A stretch of 64,000 nt of DNA. Source: Psammoneis japonica (Eukaryota). The notes below the pieces were generated by a model. That model did not search any database and was not told where the DNA came from. It worked only from the letters and a program-made list of their open reading frames with translations. How positions within the stretch are numbered: position 1 is the stretch's first letter; each line of letters begins with the position of its first letter. Location: contig QPGO01000093.1 in assembly GCA_008632985.1 (NCBI GenBank), forward strand, positions 62,001 to 126,000. The letters run 5' to 3'. The position numbers and the translations under genes are program-made. Below are positions 1-13,600 of the stretch, piece by piece.

Positions 1-375
1 CGACATGCTTCTGGACCATACCCACGATCCGCCCAGAATGATGAGCAACGCCAATGCTACCCAACCCTTGCCATTCTCAAACCGTGATCGCAGCTTTCCA
101 TCAGTAAACCTATCTTCCAATCGACGAGGCGAGTAAAAGGGTGACGAGAAGAATCGAAGCTGAAATCTCCGCAAGGCAGTTCCAATCTTTTCAGCCGGAG
201 TATAGAATTCCTGACCACCATAGTGATGGGGCAACAACACGTCTGCTTCTGCTGTGGCTTTTGGGACTTCCACACTTGACCTGGAAGACTTAGGAGAAGG
301 TGTCTCAAATCCAAACACACCGTCTTCGGCGGCGTATGGCGTTGAGGCGGCCAACGCTGGGACCTCGTTCATCAT
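1..375 (-). CDS. 5' part of a probable type II membrane protein, running off the window start
   Basis: Open frame from ATG 375 to base 1 (MMNEVPALAAST...GKGWVALALLIILGGSWVWSRSMS) with one hydrophobic segment; divergent from RPE. Confidence 0.6.
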   Translation of the reverse strand, partial: MMNEVPALAASTPYAAEDGVFGFETPSPKSSRSSVEVPKATAEADVLLPHHYGGQEFYTPAEKIGTALRRFQLRFFSSPFYSPRRLEDRFTDGKLRSRFENGKGWVALALLIILGGSWVWSRSMS

Positions 376-742
376 GGTTGATTTCGTGTGGATGCGTTCC
401 ACGATTTCTGTTGGGGTGCGCCGCCGCTTTGTGTGTGATTTGAATTTAGGTCAGCCTAACGGATGATCATTAAAATAGCTATGTCTCTGAAGCTTTTTAA
501 CATAGAAGTTATCATAACTTTTATTAGATTACTGATATCAAAAATAAAGATAGCCCTTGTCTGTGCGTAGACTAAGTAGAAAACTACGAACCCATAAGTG
601 AAGTTTTCACAGACAAACGGCAAAGCAGATGGCACGTCATTGCCACGTCATCAACAGAATTCTGCTGATTGATGTCATCACCTCCCCTCATTTTTTTTCT
701 TCTTCGAAAATTGTCGAAAAAGAACAAAAAGATCCAGGAACA

Positions 743-1621
743 ATGACACGAAAGATCGGAAGCGCTTCGCTGCTTTTCCTCCTCACCAAAGGTGCCAATA
801 CCTTGATTTTGGGTCCACCCAATCGGGTGATTGTATCACCATCGGTCGCCAAGGCAGATTTTCTTAACCTCGGTTCCGATTTGGAGGCGGCCGTGGCGGG
901 CGGGGCCGAGTGGCTTCACTTCTCGGTACAGGACGGTCGTATGGTCCCCAAGATTTCCTTTGGTGCCCCGGTGGTGGCATCGTGTCGAAATGCCTTCCCC
1001 AACACGGTCTTTGATGTCAAGTTGGGATGCGTCGAACCAGAACATCGGGTCGACGATTTCGTCAAGGCAGGTGCCGACATTCTCAGTGTTCATCCAGAAA
1101 GTACTGTTCAACTCGGGGCGGTGATTAACAAAATTGATAGCGCAGGAATAGCACCCGGTGTCGTGTTGAACCCAGGAACGAGTATTGCGTCTGTGGAACA
1201 TGTTCTCGATCAATGTAAAGTAGCAGTGGTCATGTTGGTGAGTACCGGTATGACTCATGTACACCGTATTTCCATATTTCTGGTCCTCTTATGATGATTA
1301 CAACAATTCACGCCTCTCGATATACCAATGCAGGTCAATCCCGGATATGGTGGACCAAAATATATGAAGCAAGCCGTAAACAAGATTCGGGAGCTTCGTC
1401 AACTCAAGCCAGACTTGCACATTTCGGTAGATGGTGGTGTCAACGAGAAGAATGCTCCTGAACTCATTGCTGCTGGAGCCAATGTCTTGGTTGCTGGAGG
1501 CGGCGTATTCAAGGCGCCCGATAAGACTGTGGCCATTAACACTCTCAAGGCTTGTGGTGCGTCAGACAAGGTATTCCATACAGGTGGGGCCTTTCGGCAA
1601 GCACCTGGTCCCATGCCGTAG
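743..1621 (+). CDS. RPE: Ribulose-phosphate 3-epimerase, 2 exons (743-1237, 1334-1621), probably plastid-targeted
   Basis: Motifs SPSVAKADF, LHFSVQDGRMVPKISFG, VLNPGT, M-L|V-N-P-G-Y-G-G and VDGGVN. GTGAGT donor at 1238 and CAG acceptor at 1333 join the two ORFs in frame. N-terminal hydrophobic leader. Confidence 0.93.
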
Positions 1622-3629
1622 TGTTATTAATGATGGCTTGAGTGGTCGAACCATATTACGACGTAGAGTAGAAATAATTGAGATACGAATGTAAACATGC
1701 CTTATAGACTGGCGGCTCTAATAATATACCGGCACCTAGATGCAGCACCATGCAATGTAAAATGACTGAAGATTCTACCAGCTGCTAGTGTGGCACCGTC
1801 AAGTAACGACACAAAGCATGATGAATCTAATCTGATTGGCGTTCTTCACAAGCCAGGGAACCCGAAAGTCTTCTCTAGTAGCCACTGCTAGAGCTGCAGC
1901 TGGCTAGCTAGATCTCAGAGGAAGCTTACGCTTTCACGTGGAAAGCAAATCTTGCTCGCGGCCCAAATGTCCTCAATCATTGTTCTTGAGCATCAGTGAC
2001 AACCTGGGTCTGTCTTGGTCATGAGGATCGTCAATGTTGGACATTCCGCAACAGTTGATGCCCGACTTTGCTCAGACAGCTGACACCATTCTCATTTCTG
2101 GACATTGGATGGATGACAACATGACACAATCTGCTGGAGCTTTGCAATTTGTGCATGGCATCAGAAGCCGCAACACAGTGGTTTCCACTTTCCTTTGTAA
2201 ATTTTTTAATGTGCATTGTCAAAATTGTTAACAAGCAACATTTGAAAACTGCCGGCAACAGTGCTCAACAAATTGCAGTTGTTTTTTGTGTTTCATCTTA
2301 TGTCTCGTTAACTTTTCTTGCACAAGCTTCAATCAAATGCGTGCAATGTTTAGTTCAATTGGAGTTGACATTTGTGTTTTGTGATGCACAGTTTGGTTTC
2401 CTTTTGATGGTCATCAATTTGAACTTGGTTTCCTCTTTGGCCCTCCTGCTCAACTCACGTGCGTGTGTTTGCACGTGTGCAGTCTACTTCATGCACACAC
2501 TTGACCCACCCTCCATTTCAAATTCCTCTTCATGCTTCCCAGATTTTTGCAGCCCACTGGTCTACGGGGTTTTCAGTGTTTTTTCACATGAGGCACACCC
2601 TCTCCCCAAAAGTCAAAAAGCAAGACCGTGCACTGTTGTGATTCACATGGATTCTATGTTTGGTCACAAATCTGCAAATTGACAGCCGGCCATGGCGGTG
2701 AAAGACTTCACCCCATTGGCCAATGACAGCAACTCAACGCATGGTGAAACCTGCTGTCCTTCTGGTTGGTCAAGACAGGTTTTGATTCTGGCACAGCTTG
2801 ACTTTCGTGACCGCAAGTGTGCTGTCACGAATCTGCCGCATCCAGAATGCTGAGCTGCTGGCGTGTTGTTGTTGTGTGCGTGCACATCACAAACTTGCTT
2901 TTCTGCAGCATTGGCACAATCGTGTGTCAGAGTTTTGCACCCAGAAGTCCAGAATCATTGTGAGTCACCACAAATGACACTCTTCAAACAAGGCATGTGC
3001 AAAAACAGGTTCACAGGTTTTTGATGCATTTGCCAAAACAATGCATCCGTCTTCTCCAATTTCTGTGTCCAGATCCAGAAAGACTGCAGGCAGTGCTTGT
3101 TCCTGCAGCTCTCAGAATCACACGCATGAAAAGTTCTTTGCCACGCATTGCACTCTTCAAAAAAGGCATGCACAAAAAGAGCTTCATTTGGTTTTTGATG
3201 TGTTCACTTGTGTTGCATCCGTCTTCTCCAATTTTTGTCCAGATCCAGAAAGACTGCAGAGGTGGAGAGTGGGGAGGCAACCCATTGGAGGTTGCCTGAG
3301 TTTTTTGGCTCATTTTGAAAGGCTTCCCAAGTCTCTTTGCCATTTCTGGTCCATGCTCTAAACATGCCATTGATGAATCATCTGCAGCATGGGAGGTGCG
3401 GGGCAAACTTGGTCATTGCCATCATGTGACTTTGTCGTTCGCACAGCACCTTGTGCAGTGTGGCGCACATGCAGGTGGTGCTTGTTCCCTTGGCCTTTCC
3501 AGTGAGTGCATTCTGTGACACTTGAGATGTTTTCTGCTTGATCACATGTTTTCTTTCTGTGTTTTCTTTGAGCTGCAGGGGTGGAGCTGGGTGCTTGACG
3601 TCTTGCACCACATGCCGGTGTCCATGTTG

Positions 3630-4080
3630 CTCCAGAATCAGCGGTGCCGGATGCACCAGCAAGTGTGTGTTGCCGCTCATGTTGGTTCATCCATGTTGCA
3701 CTGTCACAATGTGCTCTGTGCTTTTTGGCAATGAATGAGGTGGATCAGAGCAAGAGCACTTCTGCTGCAAACTCACCTGCTCCAGAATCAGTGGCATCAG
3801 ATGCACTGGCAAGTCCATGTTGCTGTTCCCATGGGTCATGTTGGTTCATCTGTGTCACACTCTCACAATGTGTTCCACTCTTTTTGGCAATGAATGAGGT
3901 GGAATGGAGCAGCAGCACTTCAAATGATGGAGCAGCAGCTCCTGCCACAAACTCACCTGTTCCAGAGTCAGTGGTGCCGGATGCACCGGCAAGTCCATGT
4001 TGTCGTTCCTGTTGGCAGCGTTGGTTCACCTGCACTGCATGCACTCTCACAATGCATTCTACACTTTTTTTGCAATGAAC
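3630..4080 (+). repeat. Three diverged tandem copies (~150-180 bp) of an exon+intron-like unit
   Basis: Unit tccaga(a/g)tcag(c/t)gg..gatgcac..gcaagt...ttggttca...cacaatg...ttttt(g)gcaatgaa starts at ~3631, ~3781 and ~3962. Confidence 0.8.
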
Positions 4081-5919
4081 AAGGTGGCTGCCAGCAGCGG
4101 CACTTCAAAAAAGCAAGCTGCCACTGCTGCTGCAAACTTTGGGTGTTGTCACAATCAGCGTCATTTGGTTTCAATGCAAACAACAAAGTGGAGTGTTTGT
4201 GGCACAATGCAAATGATTCTAATTTGCAGGTTTTGTGGGGACAGAGGGTGGGCACTCTCACAGGGAAAATGTGCCCCTGTTTCACAGTGAAACATGTTTT
4301 CCTCATGGGGAGGGGGCTCTGATCTCTGATCCCACAGCACATTTTCATCTGTCACAGCTGACATGTCATTGCCAGCTGCACAACTGTCAAGGTTTGAAAC
4401 AATGGAATTTTGCACTGTGACAGACAAAAAAATGACTGTGAGAAAGGTGGTCTGGATCATCACTGCAATGTGTGCTCTGATGGAGAACAAAGTCATTCAA
4501 TTGATGTCTCCAGCTGATGCATGGGCCCTTTCAAACTGCCAACATCTTTTTTGTGGGATGCCCATCTTGAGCCATCTGTCGCCAACCAGCTTCAAGTTGT
4601 TGGAGTCTGGATCAACCCCTGGGCATTTTGGAAAGTGCACAGTGCTGAGCTGATGATGCTCAGATTGAACACAAGACACACATGGCTCTCCATTGGGAGC
4701 ACTTTTCATGGGGCCTTTGGGCGCTGCATTTGTGTTGCTCCAGCTGCTCGGCTCAAAATGTTGCAAAAAAAGAGCAAAAAACATGGAGGTCAAAGATGTG
4801 CTGTGCCACGCACATGGTTCTTTTTGAGTGGCAGTGCTTCTGCTCCAGGCACCTGACAAGAAGAAAAAGATCTCCCATCTCAACAGACATTTGCAGGCTT
4901 GACAGGCATGTGCCCAGAGGACGGTCTTCAATCTGGGCACGTTTTGTCTCAAAATTGTCACATCGCTGTTGACACGCACCAACTGGTGCTGCCAGCAAAA
5001 TGACAAAAAGACAGGGTTGTCAACCATGAGCACTTGGCTGAGTTGCTGAGGTTGTCCAGCCATCACAGAGCAGGGTTGTGAAAACAACAAGTCCAAAATT
5101 TTGTGTCCAAGAGAAGCCACCCCCAAAATTCTTGAAGAGCCGAATGCGCTGAACATTGTCGCGCCAGTCTGCTGTCATCTTGGCAGACCCTGAGCAAGAT
5201 TGCAGGTTTGCAGATTTGGTGTCTGTGACAACTTGCGCCAAGAACTCTGCCCTGTGTTGTTTTTTTGCTTTTTGCTTGCTTGTTTCTGCAGGGCAAGTTT
5301 TTTGTGACACTTGGTTTTTCATCAACTTAAACCAATTTCAAAGAAGGTTCTGGCATCTGGCCAAACAAGTTGTTGCAAGCGGCAACATGTGTGCACAGCA
5401 ACAGACAGGGTCTTTCCTCTTTGCACACTGAAAAGCCATTGCCTCTTTGCACACCAAAGAGCCATTGTTTTGATGTGTGCAGCCACCAGCACCCAATGCA
5501 CAAAAACTGCAGAGAGTCATGCACTGTGGGCTCTTCTTCCACCACGGAGGCCTGTGACTGACATGCCTGAAATGATGGGCCAATCAAAAAGCATTCACAG
5601 AAACAAAGAGGCCAAGAGAGCAGGATCAAGTTGCAAGTGGTGCGCATGCAACAGACAAGATCTTTCATCTCCCCCCTCTTTGCCGTGCAAGAAATTTTAA
5701 TGAGGGCATGTGTTGTGCCATGCGGCATGCATCCAGCATGCTGCAGGGCCCTGCACACTGTGCAGTGCCACGCAGGCTCTTTGGAAAGGCCGCTCGACAG
5801 GCCTGAATTGAGCCTCAAAATGCGTTCACACAAAAAAGGCCAAGAGCGGAAAGATCCATTCATTGTTTGCCATTTTGGATTTGCGCATCGCTTTTGATTG
5901 TTGGACTTGGCTTGTGACA

Positions 5920-6946
5920 ATGCCAAGCAAAGGAAAGAAAGGAGGCAAGAAGGGTGGCAAGAAGGCGGCAAGAAGGGAGGTTCCAGTGCCGAGACTGCCG
6001 GTGCCAATGCTGTTGCTGTGAAAACCTTTGACCATGAGGGCGATGTTCCTCTGATTTCCGTCACAATCCCATCAGGTTTCTTGGGCAGTGGCAAGACTGC
6101 CCTTCTCAAGACAATTTTGGAGCCCAACGAGCACAGGCTTAGAATTGCCATCATTGTCAATGACATGGCCGAGTTGGACATTGATGCTTCCCTTGCAGTG
6201 CAGCAACAACTTGTCCAGACGGAACGCCAAGCAATCAGTTTGCAAATGGGTGCATTTGCTGTGCTTTGCGGGGTGATTTGATTGTGAAGTGGCTCACATC
6301 CGTCATGACTCTGCCAGTGCTTTTGATTGCCGGCACATCGTGATTGAGTCAACTGGTGTTGCTGAGCTGCAACAAGTCACACAAGCCTTTTGTTTTTGTC
6401 CAAATGCGGCGCAGCTGGCAGAATCCCCAGAACAAATGCTCTGGACCTAAGCCCGATTAGATGTGTGTGTCACTGTGATTGATGCCCATTCCTTTCTGGC
6501 CCACATGGCTGCTCTCTGACAATTTGGAGATGCGCACACGGATGGACTGGATGCAACCACTCCAGAAGGTGCGCAGGAAGGGGAGAAACCAATTGCTTCC
6601 CTGCTCATGGATCAAGTGGAATTTGCCAATGTGACTCCATTGAACAAGATTGATCTCGTTGATTCACCGGAGGAGCTGGAAGAAACGAAGCAAGTGATGT
6701 CAGCTCTCAATCCCGCCACCAAGATTGTCACTGTGGAACGCTGCAAGCTGGATTCATTGAACGAAGTGTTGGGTGCAACCATGTTTGACACTGTGGACAA
6801 AGACAATCAATCACCTGGATGGTTGCTGGGATTGTGAAAGACTGAAGATGAAGACCAACATGCCAGTGAAGTGGATGAGTGTGGTGCATCCTCTTGTGTC
6901 TGTCGGGCCCGTGCACCCTTTCATCCCAATCAAATTGCCAAATGGG
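5920..6946 (+). pseudogene. COG0523/CobW-family (Zng1-like) GTPase metallochaperone pseudogene, copy 1; interrupted at ~6946 and resuming at ~14281-14430
   Basis: GFLGSGKT, IVNDMAELDID, IESTG, DQVEFAN..LNKIDL and RAR.PFHP motifs with frameshifts and stops. Segment 14281-14430 aligns to copy 2 at 16265-16420. Confidence 0.9.
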
Positions 6947-7389
6947 GCCTGTTCCAGCTCCAGGTGCTCCGCGTGGGTTCGATTCCCATCATTGGCCAAT
7001 TTTTAGGTTTAGCGCAAATAACTTTTTCAAAATCCGTTTTTTGCCAAATCGAAGGGTGAGTGTACACTTTACATGTGTTTCCGGGTGTACACTTACCTTT
7101 CGATTTTCGAAATGATCAAAAATGAAGGACTCAATTGTGCTAAATGTGATTTTCGGCTGGTGTCCCATTCTACGTGAAAAATGCTCGTGATCACTCCACT
7201 TTTTCATTTTTCGGAGCTCGTGTGTTTGGTCTTCTTCAACTCAACTGACGTCCGAACACACCTCATTTCTACAGACACAACACAGTTAATTTGATTGAGC
7301 GCGCCAAAAAAATGTGTCCTCTCGACTTGCCATCCGTCTCATCCACCAGCCCTCTCGATGCACACTTTCAATCAAATTTCCAGTGCCCC

Positions 7390-10300
7390 ATGGTCAACAA
7401 GAGGAAGAAGCAAAATGGAGTTGGCCATCGACACAAGTCAGGGACTGGCAACAGCAAAAACAAGAAGCCTCGTCGTGAACTTGAAACACACTCCACGGTC
7501 TCTGACCATGTCGTTGCTGCAGCTGAAGCAGCTGCAGCCACTCCCTTCAATCCGAGCAACCCGAGCTCTGCTGCCTCCGTCACTCCCTCCGTTGCTCCCA
7601 CCGACCTGGCTGCTTTCAACCCGAACCCCTCCACAGAACACCTCGCTCATTGTCCAGTGTCTTCCTTGCCAAGACCTCCAGGCCCCTCCCAAATGCACAC
7701 TGCAGGAGCGGCCGCCACTCCCTCCAACCCTGACTCTGACAATGCTGCCGTCACTCCCTCCGTTGCTCCCACCAACCTGGCTGCTTTCAACCCAAACACC
7801 TCCAAGGAACACCCCACTCATTGTGCAGGTCGTCCTTGCCAAGACCACCAGGCCCCTCCCAAATGCACACTGCAGGAGCGGCCGCCACTCCCTCCAACCC
7901 TGACTCTGACAATGCCGCAGTCACTCCCTCCATTGCTCCCACCGACCTGGCTGCTTTCAACCCAAACACCTCCAAGGAACACCCCACTCATTGTCCAGGG
8001 TTGTCCTTGCCAAGACAGCCAGGCCCCTCCCAAATGCACGCTGCAGGGAGCGGCCGCCACTCCCTCCAACCCCAACTCTGACAATGCCGCCGTCACTCCC
8101 TCTGTCGCTTCAGCCAACCGAACTGCTGTCAACCTCACCGCCTCCCAAGGTTGCCCCACTTTTGATCCTCATGCATTCGAAGCAACCCACAAAGATCCCC
8201 AACAGGCACTTTGTTGTGCAGCGGTCAAAGTGAGAGAAGGAGTGTTGTCTTGCACCGCCACTCAAGAACAACAAATCTGTGCGTTTGTGCATGCTTTGCA
8301 TTTTCCCGAAATGGCCCCATTTCTTGGATTTGAACATGCACGTGATGCCAATGGCAAGACCCTCATTGGTGACACGATGTTTTGATTTTTGATTCCCAAG
8401 CAGTGTCGAAAAATGAACGCAAGTCAATGCAGCATGTGTCAATGCAGCGATTGCACCAACGCCAATTTTCTACAAGATGCATTGAACAGGTTTTGAAGGA
8501 AGCTTTTAAAAGAGATGGAGGTGGAGCAAAATTGGTTGAAGCTTGTGAGTGAGAATCCTGAGAACTTGGAGAACCATGACAGTGCCCTTGGCAAATTGGA
8601 GGAAACAATGTGTGTCTGTCAAGAGGAAGCGTTTGGCCCCAACGGCCATCACCTTCATCCAAAGCCCAAGATGCAGTTGCAACCATCATTTGTGGCAATG
8701 TCAATGGTCAGGATCATCCTCATTGGAAATGCATTTTGGGTGAATGCGAGCATTGCCCATCCCATCCAACTCCATTGTTGGAACAGAGTGAAAGTCCCAG
8801 TGCGCCCCAAGTTTTGTTTCAACGTTGCTTGACTGTAAAAAGTTGTTCCAAGCATGGTGTGTGCATGGAAGCATGTCCTGTTTGTGAGGCAGATCCAGAT
8901 GGGAACAAGGACACAAAGGTGAAACGTAGGACCTTGTTGACAAGGTTCCGAAAACCAGTCGGTGTCTTTACAAAAGAGCACTGCATTCCAAGTTTAGAGA
9001 AGCTCCACTGCCACCTTCCCCACGCAGTCATTCTTGGGAAAAATCATTGCATGGAAATGTGTTGCAAAGCATTTGAGTCAACACCCAACAGCCTGTTCAT
9101 GTCTCATGACTGCTCCGAGCATCAGAAGGCAGAGTTCAACCACCAAGTTCAGGGTGACCATTGTGGCAACAACCAAACATTGTCAATCGAAGGAAGAGTT
9201 TGCGATGCAATGGTTGACAACGAGCTTCAGAAAACACATCATGCGCATCTCTCTGACTCTTCCAAGCAAGATGCCACCACCACCAACGCTCACTTGGAAA
9301 AGTTTGTCACCTGGTTAAAAAACCGACCTGCGCAAGGCGTGGCTTGTGATTTGGGATCACACTGATGGTTGTGCCAAACAATGCCGATGTGCTTTGGCAC
9401 TGCACTTGTTGTCTGTCTTTGTGCACAAATGCAACATTGTGTTTGACCGCCATTGGAGCACCTGGACATGGCAAAGGAGAGGTTGATGGCATTGGAGCCT
9501 ACATTGAATCACTCATGCGTCGAGAAATGCAGTCCACAACTGTTGCAGGAGTCAATGACAAGGATGGGAAAATTAGACCTGAAGCTTTGGTCATGGATGA
9601 CAACAGTGTTGCAGCCGCACACAGTTGTGCAAAGGAATGTTGCAAAATGGTCACAAAGAACAAGAATGCTTTCGGCGCAGTTGGCGACAGAAAACATGCC
9701 AAGAGGGAATCCCTTTGAAAGTCAACACAAAGGGTGTGTCATCTGCAGGAAGCTGACGAAGTTCTTGGCTCTTCAATCAAAGTCAAGTTGATTGGATTGG
9801 TGCAAGTGCACACATGCCATTGTGGCATTGGAGCCTTGCACCATTTCCGATTTGAACCTCTTTTCCCCATTGGTTGGGTTGCAATGCAAAGAATTCCTTG
9901 TGCTTGTGAAGCCTGCCTGGATCAGCTGAAACGGCCTTGGGTTAAAAATGTTGAGCCAACAGAGCAGCCATGACATGCAGGTGGCAACCCGAGCTTGCAA
10001 ACTGTGGCCCATCTTTGAGCGACTGAACGATTGGCAAGTGTGTCAGGTGATTCAAACAGACAAGAGTGATGCCGACGAGGTGCAGTTGGTTCACAAATCT
10101 GTGCTGGACTCCCCAACTGAGGAAATGGCCAAGGAAATTGTTCCAAACAGCCATGCCGCATTGTCTTGTGAACTGAGGAGGGATTCTGTCTGCTGCAATG
10201 GGATGAACTCCCCCACAAAGCACAGGAGGACGAGGTTTGGAAAGAGTTTGACCCACCCACAACTGTTGAGGCCGGTGAATGGGTTTGCAAGGGAACGTGT

Positions 10301-10680
10301 CTCAACCCTGTTCCACGGGCCAGAGGATGGCACACTCCCGGTGATGCTGAGGAATGCAAGACAAGAGTGTTGCTCAAGCAAATTACAGTTGCCAACATTG
10401 AGCTCAATGAACCATCAGCCAATCTGGAACTGCCAAGTGCGTGCAACAGGAATGAGGCTTCACTTCTTCATCCACGTCATTTGAGTGATGACGAGCATGA
10501 AGGAATTCTGGATGCCATCCGACAGCGGGAGGCAATGGATCATTTTGAGGACTGTTCAGACGAGGTGGAGGAACAAGACATGAAACTGGTGAGTGGGAGG
10601 GAGAGAATGACGACATGGAAGACACTGTGGAGGATGATGAGAGCATGGCAGGGGACAGTGACAGTGACAATTCGGACAAA
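7390..10680 (+). pseudogene. DDD/E-type transposase relic (unclassified, Sola-like motif set)
   Basis: Broken frames give D(C/Y)SE..AEFNHQVQGDH, HLSDSSKQD, WDHTDGCAKQ(C/Y)RCA (9352-9393), GAPGHGKGEVDGIG and a C-terminal RIPCACEAC, followed by an acidic tail. Superfamily assignment is tentative. Confidence 0.7.
7537..8110 (+). repeat. ~171-bp tandem repeat, about 3.3 copies, in the Pro/Ala/Thr-rich N-terminus of the transposase relic
   Basis: gccactccct(t/c)caa...gtcactccctc...ctggctgctttcaaccc...ggcccctcccaaatgcac recurs at ~7537, 7714, 7884 and 8056. Confidence 0.9.
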
Positions 10681-10699
10681 TGAAATGGCAATGTTGTGC

Positions 10700-13600
10700 A
10701 ACTAGATCAACCATCCAACACAAAAGCTTTCCTTTTTGCGTGCAACTTCTGCTGCACGCCCTGGGAAGTTCGAACTGGTGCACCATGAACACTTGTTGCA
10801 GACGCTTTTTTGCCACGCATTTCACCTCATGTTCCTCATTCCCAAGACACCAATTGAAACACTTGATGTCCTTTGCTGGCAATGCAAAAGGGTGGTTGGA
10901 ATCAAAGATCCATCCACGGTGCAAGGCAATGGAGTGGTTGTTCACAAGACGGCACAAAGTCATGAAGTCATCATTGCAGGTTGCCATGTCAAATTCACCA
11001 CCTGCTGCAAGGGAAATTGTTCGATCCACACTGTTGCAAAACTTCATGTTTGAGTTCTTGGGCGGGAATTTTCCCTTCAAACGACCGTTCAACATGTTCT
11101 TTGCAAACAACATGCGCTTGTTGTTAGTGCCAGCACAGTTGGCAGATGTTTGAATGTGAGAAGCAATGCAGTCTCTCATTTCCACATGCCAGCACAATCA
11201 AGAACACTGGCCAGGGAGGAAAAAACGCAAGTGTCGTTTTGTCCTTGCAGGAATTTTGCAGGTGGACCACTTGTCGGCAAGTTGCTGTTCGATGGCATCA
11301 ACACGGTTCCTTCCAGCAAGGAGTGACAACCATCTGATGGCTTCAATTCTTTCAAATCTTTCCACACATCTGGAAACCAAAACTGAAATTGCACTCAGCC
11401 CAATCCAGGGTCACACACATGGGACGGTTCCCCTCCAAGCTGCAGCCAATGAAATCAGCTCCCCGCCCAACAGGTGGAAGTTTTTGAATCTCCGCTTCAG
11501 TCAATCTCTTCAGTTTGGCAATCTGTGGCGGGTTGCAAATCGATTCCACCTTGCTCTTAATCTCGTCCCTGCATTTTCGATTGAGTTGCTGGGGAACGTT
11601 TGGTTTGTGTTTGGCACGTAAAATGAGGCCCGCACACGTGTTCATGGGATGGCCGTTCATTTCATTGTGTCGCGTGTCAAACCATGGTTCCCACAACATG
11701 ACGCCCTTGTTTTTCCCTTCAAAGCAACCAAACAAGTGAGGAACGTCTCCTTTGGAATTGCCAGGATGCTGATGCCTGCTGTTCCATTTACTTGGATCAA
11801 TCCAAATGAGTTTTTTAACCTGCAACATCACTTGAGCATCTTCGTGCTCACGCTTGAGTCGATCCCTTTCTTGTTGGTGTTGCTGCACTTTGGTCAACCA
11901 ACACCATGAAGTGTCTCCTTTTGCCCTTGGTTTCGGGACAGAGCTACGAAGGCCAATGAGATCCTCATCCTTGTGCAATCCAGTTGTTAATTTCAAGGTC
12001 TCATGCGAACGTTGCATCCAGCGTCTCCCACTGTCTCCCGCTTCTCTTCTGCAGCCGGGGCTTTCTTCCTCTTGTCTCTTGCAGCCTTGGCTTTCTCCCT
12101 CTTCTCTTGAGCTGCCTTGGCTTTCTCCCTCTTCTCTTCAGCAGTCTCAGATTTCTCCCTCTTCTCTTCTGCAGCAGCAGAAACTTCTTCCTTGTGTTCA
12201 TCGTCCTCCTCGTCCTCAGTTGCCTCTGGATCTTGCTCCTCCTGGATTTCGTCTTGCACACCATCATCTTCCTCCTCTTCCTCAGCCGATTGATCCATGG
12301 CCCCATCTTCCTCCTCTTCCTCAGCCGATTGATCCATGGCCCCATCTTCCTCCTCCTGGTTTTTGTCTCGCAGTTGCAACCTTGCAGTGCCAGCCTCGGC
12401 CTTTTGTGGTCATCCGTCTCTTCAGTGCCCTCCTTCCCCTCTTCCTCTTCCTCCTCCTCCTCCTCCACCTCTTCCTTCAACCCTGCATCACGGGCACTGG
12501 CGTGATGCATGCAACGATGGCAACGAATCCTTCTGCAAAACTTGCACCATGCAAGTCCAGGAGCTGCCTTGCACCAATCAGCAAGGTGAGCGAGCGGCTC
12601 TTTGAAATGATCCTTCCTGCTTGGTCGGCAGGGAAGTGAACTTCAACCATTTGTTTGTCTTCAGTGATGGCCTTCACTAACTCGGAGTGTCGTTGCGGCT
12701 TGAAAGGCTTGCACCACTGGTCCGGTGGACAAGTGGTGCCTCTGCATTCACCATCAGAGGCAACCTGCAATGCATGGTTGTACCACCAACCCACAATGAT
12801 GTCAAACAAGGCCTTGGATGGCAGTCTGTCATCGGGGTCGAATGGCCCAAATGAGAAAATCCTCCAGCAGCCACTCATGCAACTCATGAGCACATTGCAT
12901 GGTGCGTTGGTGGGAAGTTTGGGAACGCAGGGATCTTCCTGCATGTCATCATCCAACTGTTCAAGCTTCTCCCTTTTGTGATGCTCGTCATGAAAAACAT
13001 GATCGTCACTGTGATCCACAATGGGCTTCTTCAACTTCTTATAGCTGATGCGTGGTTTTCGACGCAGCTTTTTGTCCACCTGCTTCCTCTGAGCGATTTC
13101 GTTTGGAACAGAGCGATGGTTGCAGATTGAACCCCAGTGCTGTTTTGCAGATGGAAAGGGATGTCTTGTTTCACATTTGAACTTGACGTCCAACCCCTTC
13201 AAAGCCATGCATTTCAAAACTGTTCTTCACCCCCTTTGGAGACTTAATTCGCCGCCAACTTTGAAACACGACCTCGCCAAAAGGCAGCCACGCATGCATC
13301 TTTAAATCTTTGGTCGACTTTTCGTCATCGTGCGTTTCTAGGTTTTGAATGTTGACCAAAGATGCCAAGTGGAATCGGCGCTTGGCAATGCATGAATGAT
13401 CAGCAATGCATCCTCCTTCAACAAGCGGTTCGTCCCAACAGTCTTCATCCTTGCGGATCTCTGTTGCAACGTTCTGATGCTTGGCACTGGAATGAGGCAA
13501 TGCCAAAACAATTGCAGAGCTCATTGGAGTAATCCTCTCCTTTGCACACAGGGCAACAGTGTTGCCTTGATCATTCATCATGAGATCACCCCAGTCCCAG

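Noticed and set aside
7537..8110. CRISPR-like array (also 3630-4080 and 12060-12350)
   Set aside because: Whole units are repeated without unique spacers; these are coding minisatellites in a eukaryote, and no cas genes are present.
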